From Eledone cirrhosa (Eukaryota): DNA of 64,000 nucleotides. Both the position numbers and the translations under genes were made by a program. Position 1 is the first letter of the stretch. The number at the start of each line of letters is the position of its first letter. Below the pieces are notes generated by a model. That model was given only the letters and a program-made list of their open reading frames with translations. It was not told the DNA's origin and ran no database searches. Location of the stretch: NCBI GenBank assembly GCA_964016885.1, contig OZ024747.1, positions 53,940,001 through 54,004,000 of the forward strand, given 5' to 3'. Shown piece by piece: positions 57,136 through 64,000 of the stretch.

Positions 57136-57314
57136 CGATATTAAACAAATGGAAACTATATTTATAAAACCATATTTATTTCATTATACATATTTCAGGG
57201 ATACCATATTAAAAATATGGCATGCCTTCGTCAGATAAAATACACTTGTCGAGTGCTTTATATGAGTTATAAAATATTCACTTGTTGTAACCCAACAATT
57301 TAAAATAAAACTTT

Positions 57315-57320
<6 letters not shown>
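57135..57320. mobile_element. Family-H copy: inverted HHR segment (57177-57242, -) plus 3' tail (+)
   Basis: Minus strand: tattttat-CTGACGA-aggcatgccatat..atatggtatccct-GAAA-tatgta-TA-atgaaata; the tail is the reverse of 49332-49408. Confidence 0.85.
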
Positions 57321-57356
<36 letters not shown>

Positions 57357-57783
57357 TATTATTTATATTGTTTATAATTTATTTTAATATTTTCCTAATT
57401 CTCCATTTTCTAGTCATAATTTTATCTGAAACAAACAATATAATTTATTTGCTAATACACTAAATAAATCAATTAAATAATTAAAATTGTCAAACAATAA
57501 CTAAATGAATGTTTATTTAAACTTGATAATCAGTGATTACTTAAAATTGATAAACAATAAATGAATTAATGAAATTGCTCTTAATTATTAAACAATGAAA
57601 AAATTAATTGGTTATTTATTATTAGTGAACTAATAATCAATTAATTATTAATCATATTTTATTAAATTGTTATATTACCCATCTAAGCTCAATAAAGTAC
57701 AAATCGATCATCTATTTTCTCTAATAATTAAACAATAATTTGGTGGATAAAATAATTATTTAAAATTCATTATTCATAAATCT

Positions 57784-57983
57784 GGGTGGTGGATTGGCAG
57801 TATCGGTATAATGTCAGTCACTATGCTTTGCGACATATGTTCGGAGTTCAAACCTGCCGATGTTAGCTTTGCCTTTCATTCTTATCGTCGATAAAATAAA
57901 GTATCAGTGTCTCACTGGGTTCGATTTACTTAATTTTCCCCTCGCGCGAAATTGTTGGCCTTGTACATAATTGAGAAATAATT
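57784..57983 (+). mobile_element. Family-A SINE (diverged)
   Basis: A/B boxes and core. Confidence 0.8.
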
Positions 57984-58029
57984 ATTTATAAATTTACTAC
58001 TAAATTATCTGAAATATTTAACCGATAAA

Positions 58030-58390
58030 TATATTATTCCTTCTTATATTTGGGGCGTTAGAATATTGCCAGAAGTAATAATAAAACGCACATACCGTTT
58101 GGTTTGGCTTTCGCTTCAGTATACTTTTATATTTTTATAAATAACTTAGTTGGCAATCAATGTTTATTATCTCTTAACCAAAAGCTAAAAATATAAATTT
58201 AATATCTGAAAGTTCTTTCGCCACACAATTTTCTTTAAAAATTTCCAGTGACCATCGCTGAGTCTCCTTCCATTGTGCTTCTATAACGATTTTTGGTAAT
58301 ATTAGGAAAACATGACCCTCTCAAAATATACCAATATTTGTTTCACCACACGATTTCATATAAAAATCTTGCAAGACAAATATATCACCG
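58030..58390. mobile_element. Old PLE pseudo-LTR copy (46.3-kb family), inverted segment plus tail
   Basis: gtttggtttggctttcgcttcag; catgaccctctcaaaatatacc; acacgatttcatataaaaatcttgc. Confidence 0.7.
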
Positions 58391-58928
58391 TATTTAAAAT
58401 TCATTATTCATAAATATATTACTAAATTATTTGAAATATTTTAACGATAATTATAATATTTAGTTATTTCAAATGGATAAAAAATAAATCTATAACTTTG
58501 AAATATGTTTATTCCAACGTAAATATCTCTAATAATCATCGATGTTTATAAATAACAGCTAAAATTTCGGGAAGGGTACCCCTGGAGACGGTAGAACTGG
58601 ACAAATACGCCTCCGTCCTCTTTTTGACGTCTCCAAGAGCACCTTAACCAATTTCTTTAGCTATTATTATCATGAACGTCTATTATTATGGTCATTTGCG
58701 TTGAAAGGTAGATATTTTACCTTCACATTTCCCCAATGTTTCTTAAGTGAATTGCTTTGTTTACAATTTTAGCTACAGGCTTAACATTTTTTAAAATTAC
58801 CGATTTGGTGACCGGCGTTGTTTTAACTAAATGGTTAACACTTTTCCCCAACATGTCCGCATACACATCTGTCATTTCTTTCGTCTCCTGGGTTACTTTA
58901 CTCGATTTTCTCAGCTGATATTTATAAT

Positions 58929-59114
58929 TGTTTCTACTTTAGGCACAAGGCCAGCAAATTACCCAGTGCATTACTGGTACTTTATTTTATCGACCCCGTA
59001 AGGATGAAAGGCAAAGTTAACCTCGCCGGGATTTGAACTCAGATCGTAAAGGGACGTAACTATGCTGGAAAGCATGGCGTCCGACCCTCTACCGATACTG
59101 CAAATCCACTGCCA
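58929..59114 (-). mobile_element. Family-A SINE with perfect 18-bp TSD
   Basis: tcagctgatatttataat at 58911-58928 and 59115-59132. Confidence 0.92.
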
Positions 59115-59639
59115 TCAGCTGATATTTATAATGATCGTCCATTATTAAAGTTATTTGCATTGATACACACATTTTACATTTCAAAAATTATAAACTATTC
59201 GATGATTATATCATCTTTTCTTATTCTTGTGATGAGTGGTTATATTGCTCGAAGTTAGCTGAACCTGATGGGACGTCTTGTAAAAGATATAGAGTTGATA
59301 TAATGTTTAATCCAGTATACTACCACTTGCTATAATCCATTATTCCGGTGTTAATTAATTAGTTAGTAAAATATACCAAGGTTGCTTCTGCCATTCCATC
59401 ACGCTGATATGATTATAGCCAGGAACACAACGAGAAATTTTTCAAGACCGTACAAAACGCCTTGGGGCCCGAATCAGGCAAGGATTTTTCTAAAAATGGA
59501 TGTTGTATGGTTGCTGTGGGATCTTATCTCTTGGGCCCTGGAACAAAGTACCGGCTGGACCAACTCTCATAGGCCCTGGTTATCACAATTATTTCTAATT
59601 TTAGTAAAGTTTAATATGCTATGTCTATGTTTACTTTTA

Positions 59640-59900
59640 GAAGAAATATTATCTAATGGATTTCAAACATTTGAGATGTGGGTATAAAGAAAACGTTTGA
59701 GTATATCATGGAAAGAACAGATCGCCAACGGGGAAGTACTAAGTAGTTGTCTTTAAAGATCACCGATCTTTTGTGGCTGATATGGGAGTTAAAAAGGAAC
59801 TACTGATGCATGGCATAGCAGATCAAGATTCTGGTAGAGCTGGCTCTATGAATACTGTAATTGAGGCCATTAAGAAAGGGAGACCACTGGTGCATAACAT
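59640..59900 (+). pseudogene. Highly decayed RTE RT remnant
   Basis: FEMWV*RKRLSISWKEQIANGEVL. Confidence 0.55.
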
Positions 59901-60099
59901 ATAATGTGAAGACACTGGTATATCGAGCTCTATAGAAGATATAATAGGCTGACATTTAGAAGGTATAAATAAATCTATGATATTTAAGGCTGTAGATGTT
60001 TCATTTTAATTTAAATTCCATTGTGTTATTCACTATACATTTAATAAAATGGCCATTAACTCCATGATGTCAATGGTATTTATTATCATTGAAGACAAT

Positions 60100-60458
60100 T
60101 ACACTTCTACCTCACTACCCTATAACTGTCTTCTATTCTACCTTACTAACTCTATGACCCTACATCTATACCTAGATACCCTTGTATATTTCTACCACTC
60201 TCCACCATTCTACCCATCCATCTCCCTACTTCTACCTCCCTACTTAGTTACATCCCTAACTTTTAGCACTCTATCTCTCTAAGACTCTACTCCCTACATC
60301 TCTATTTCTCTTCCTCTACCACACCACAAGTGCAACTCTGTTCCCACAACTCTACCACTATCCCTCCATCACTCTACTTCTCACTAACTTAGTTCCCTTT
60401 TTACACTACACTCTACACCTATCTCACTAATTCTCTACCTCTTCACGTCTATACTACA

Positions 60459-60506
<48 letters not shown>

Positions 60507-60690
60507 TGTTTCCCTCTCAAACTTTCTAACACTCTATTCTACAATTTTACCTCTCTACTACTCTACCTCTCTAACATACTTTCTAACTCTCTACCACTTT
60601 ACCACCTTACCACTCAACCGCTCTATTACGCCACCTCTACCACACTACATCTCAATCACTCTACACCTCTACATCTCTACCGTTCTAACT
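60100..60690. repeat. Low-complexity C/T/A-rich tract (ctctac-like)
   Basis: Degenerate ctctac/ctacc repeats, G-poor. Confidence 0.6.
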
Positions 60691-61366
60691 CAGTACAAAA
60701 TCGGTTGCAAAGCAGTCATATTGCAAAATAATTTCATCTTCACATAAAATTATTTATTTTTATTCTATTTTATTTTATATTATACTTTACCTTTTTAAAT
60801 TTTTCCTTAACTTACCGATGCATAGAAATTTCAATGAAATGCTAACCGGCAATTGTAAACAATTTAAACAACCTGTTATTACCGTGACTGCTAATTTAGA
60901 ACTTTTCAATGTATTATTTTAGCAAAGATAACAGCATAGAGGAATGTCTGAAATAACAATGGCTTGAAAAATACAGCCGAATACGTTACAGAGATTATAT
61001 TTTCTCAGTGGAATGAATATAAAGTCGATTTACATCGAGTAAGCAATCAATGATTCTAGCCCCTAGACGTGAAGAAAATGGTAATTATCCCTTTTTAACA
61101 AAGATTTGCACAATTTAATCCTTCCTTTCAATGGGATTTTAACTGAAGATGTGCCATTTAGAAGAAGAATCGATAGAAGACAGGCTTGCACAAAACAGTT
61201 TTACTGTCTACAATAATTTCAAATGTTGCCAGCTAAATTACACAGAATGTAAACTGGGTTTATATATAGGCACGTACGTAAGCTATACACATACAGAGAT
61301 ACAGACACAACAGACAAATACAAATATTTATAAATGTATGTATATCTATATACATATACGTATATA

Positions 61367-61485
<119 letters not shown>

Positions 61486-61507
61486 ATGTATGTGTATATA
61501 TATATGC

Positions 61508-61557
<50 letters not shown>

Positions 61558-61608
61558 TATAGACTTATATATATACATACATACATTTGTATGTACGTAT
61601 TTATCTCC

Positions 61609-61646
<38 letters not shown>

Positions 61647-61837
61647 TTATATATGTTTGTGTGTATGTAGGTGTTTGTTTATGTGTGTCTATATATAAGT
61701 GGTTATGGTTGTTCGAATTTAATTATATATACATATATCAAAACATCCATTGATATTCGCATACCCATATGAAAGTTACATAGAAACACACACACACACG
61801 CATATATATATATATGTATAGTCATATATATATATAT

Positions 61838-61901
<64 letters not shown>

Positions 61902-62696
61902 CTGTGTGTGTGCATGTGGGTGCGAGTGTGTATCTGTTTGTGCCTATGTATATACACAAATACCGATATACACATATTCATACACAGACACATATATATA
62001 AATATAAGTGTAAATGTATGTGTATATATGTATATACACACAAACCGACTATCAATTTAATAAATGGTCTTTGCAAACATAAACAGCTTAGTCTTAAAAT
62101 GTCTCTCCAATTAAATCGAACCAATTCTATATAGTAATTATATTTTCAAAAATATCTACATTTTCTTTTTATTCTTCTCTTAGAAAGCTGTAATCAAAAT
62201 TTGTATAGTTTTGCTATATTTCATCATCCTGCTGAATATATCACGCTGTATAGACATATTTATGTGTGTATCATATTGTCTACGTATATAGCTTTTCCTG
62301 ATTATACAGGTCGCTTAATGTGTAAATGTGATTCTATAGATATTTTAGGTTCTGTACTTAAGAGATTTATCATTGGGTGTTTAGGAAGGAACACTATGTC
62401 GTTGCATGTGTTAGTTACACGTGTGTATGTGTGAGTAAGCGTATATCTATGTCTCTTGTGTAAGTATGATTGTCTGAGTTTGTATGTATGGATCTAGCTG
62501 CGAGTGTGTGAGTTTGTGTGTATAAATGTACATGTGTATTTGTGAGTGAGTATATGTATTTATGTGTGCGAACCGATTGTGGTTTTACTTGTGTGCTTCT
62601 GTGAAATATATGTTTTGTAGGTCAATACCTTATACAACATATACTCACAAACACATATCCACATATCCTACATGTAAAAGGTAAACAGTGTAAAAA

Positions 62697-63003
62697 CACC
62701 GTTCGTCACGAACGATCATGTGATTTACACCTATAAAGTTTCTCTTCGAGCCACAAGTCTGGGCAAGGTTGTTTGTGGAAGATCAGCAGTCATCGATGCA
62801 TATCAGTCTCCCCACCCTCCCTCACGCCACCGATGTTGTCCAAGGGAAAGGCAATGGCCGATACAGCTTGGCACCAGTGACCGCGCAACGCATTTCTACA
62901 GATGAGTAAAGTGGAGCAACGTCTTGCTAAATGACACAACGCATCGCCTGTCCAAGAATCGATCTCACAATTGCAAGCCTAACGCTCTAACCACTAAGCC
63001 ATG
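62697..63003 (-). mobile_element. Family-B SINE
   Basis: Homologous to 22222-22560. Confidence 0.8.
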
Positions 63004-63360
63004 TACGACCAATATTATTAACTATAATATTTGTAAATATATATATATAAATACACACGCAGGCATGGAGACATCTCTCTCTCTTTTCTACTCCCACTCT
63101 TGGTTATGAGGGTTTGAACAAGAAGGAGTGCCATATAGTAGTGCAGACACTTTTACCTTGCCGCTAGCAAGGCAACATCAAGATGCCGTCTCCACGATAG
63201 AATGCACCCAATACAATCTGTAAAATAGTAGGAAAATGGATACTACTTGTTGGAGACATGACAATGTCTTTAATGCCGTTAATTTGATAAAATGCATCCA
63301 ATACATAATGTGACGTGTGAATGGGATGAGGTCTTCTAGGATAATATTAATTTCTAATAA

Positions 63361-63555
63361 GGGCGGTGGATTGGCAGTATCGGTAGAGAGTCGGACACCA
63401 TGCTTTGAAGCATAGAGTTATGTCCCTTTATGATCTGAGTTCAAATCCCGCCGAGATTAACTTTGCCTTTCATCCTTACGGGGGGGGGGGTCGATAAAAT
63501 AAAGTACCAGTAATGCACTGGGTAACTGCTGGCCTTGTGCCAAAAGTAGAAACAA
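63361..63555 (+). mobile_element. Family-A SINE
   Basis: Full-length match to the family. Confidence 0.9.
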
Positions 63556-64000
63556 TTAATTTTTAATAAAGACTGACTCAGACAGCGATGTCCCTCTCCA
63601 ACATAATATGGCATCACAGAAATATGGAGTTTACACACACACGCACACGAACACACACACACACACATATATATGTGGTATAAATTTGGTATAAACATCC
63701 ATGAGTTTAGAGCATTCAGATCTGGAGTAGGATTGGCCCCTTCATGCTTAAAATATCTGAGATGGATATATGTGTGTCAGGATGGCACACTTCGATTCAA
63801 TCAAGAGTCCTTAGCTATACACACCCTCGTCCAATTCACCGGCACCCCGTCATGATCATTTGACTTATTCTCGCACCATTAACGAGGAAGTGCACACCTT
63901 ACATTTAAGAAGAGGGGGGAAATATTCTTTTGGTCAGCCCGCTAGTGTTTGCAAATTTTGGCTCTCTTATATATCATTCATCCATTCACAGTATCTCTCT

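Overview
This AT-rich eukaryotic window is saturated with microsatellites and looks intronic or intergenic. Its repeat landscape resembles a coleoid cephalopod (Octopus-like); that is inference. No intact host gene is recognisable, only three isolated candidate exons, and nearly all ORF-track entries are translations of simple repeats. Recognisable elements include a 5'-truncated Penelope-like retroelement (PLE) with RT C-terminus, GIY-YIG and an inverted pseudo-LTR. There is also an internally deleted Tx1-clade LINE with an intact APE endonuclease inside (ATCT)n, plus RTE fragments, mariner remnants and MITEs, two tRNA-derived SINE families and a 6-kb C/A-skewed satellite. The main unannotated signal is about 25 complete or degenerate minimal type-I hammerhead ribozyme (HHR) motifs plus about 6 half-motifs from roughly a dozen sequence-unrelated families. 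Most sit in short non-coding cassettes inserted in (TA)n, many of them fold-backs, and are often followed by an AATAAA-like signal. Notable cases are two unrelated families with a compensated U3-A8 core, HHRs with 60-100 nt stem II, fold-backs whose apex falls inside the ribozyme, and a 591-bp ORF-less tandem with one HHR per unit (retrozyme-like). All folds were made by eye and none is experimentally shown.
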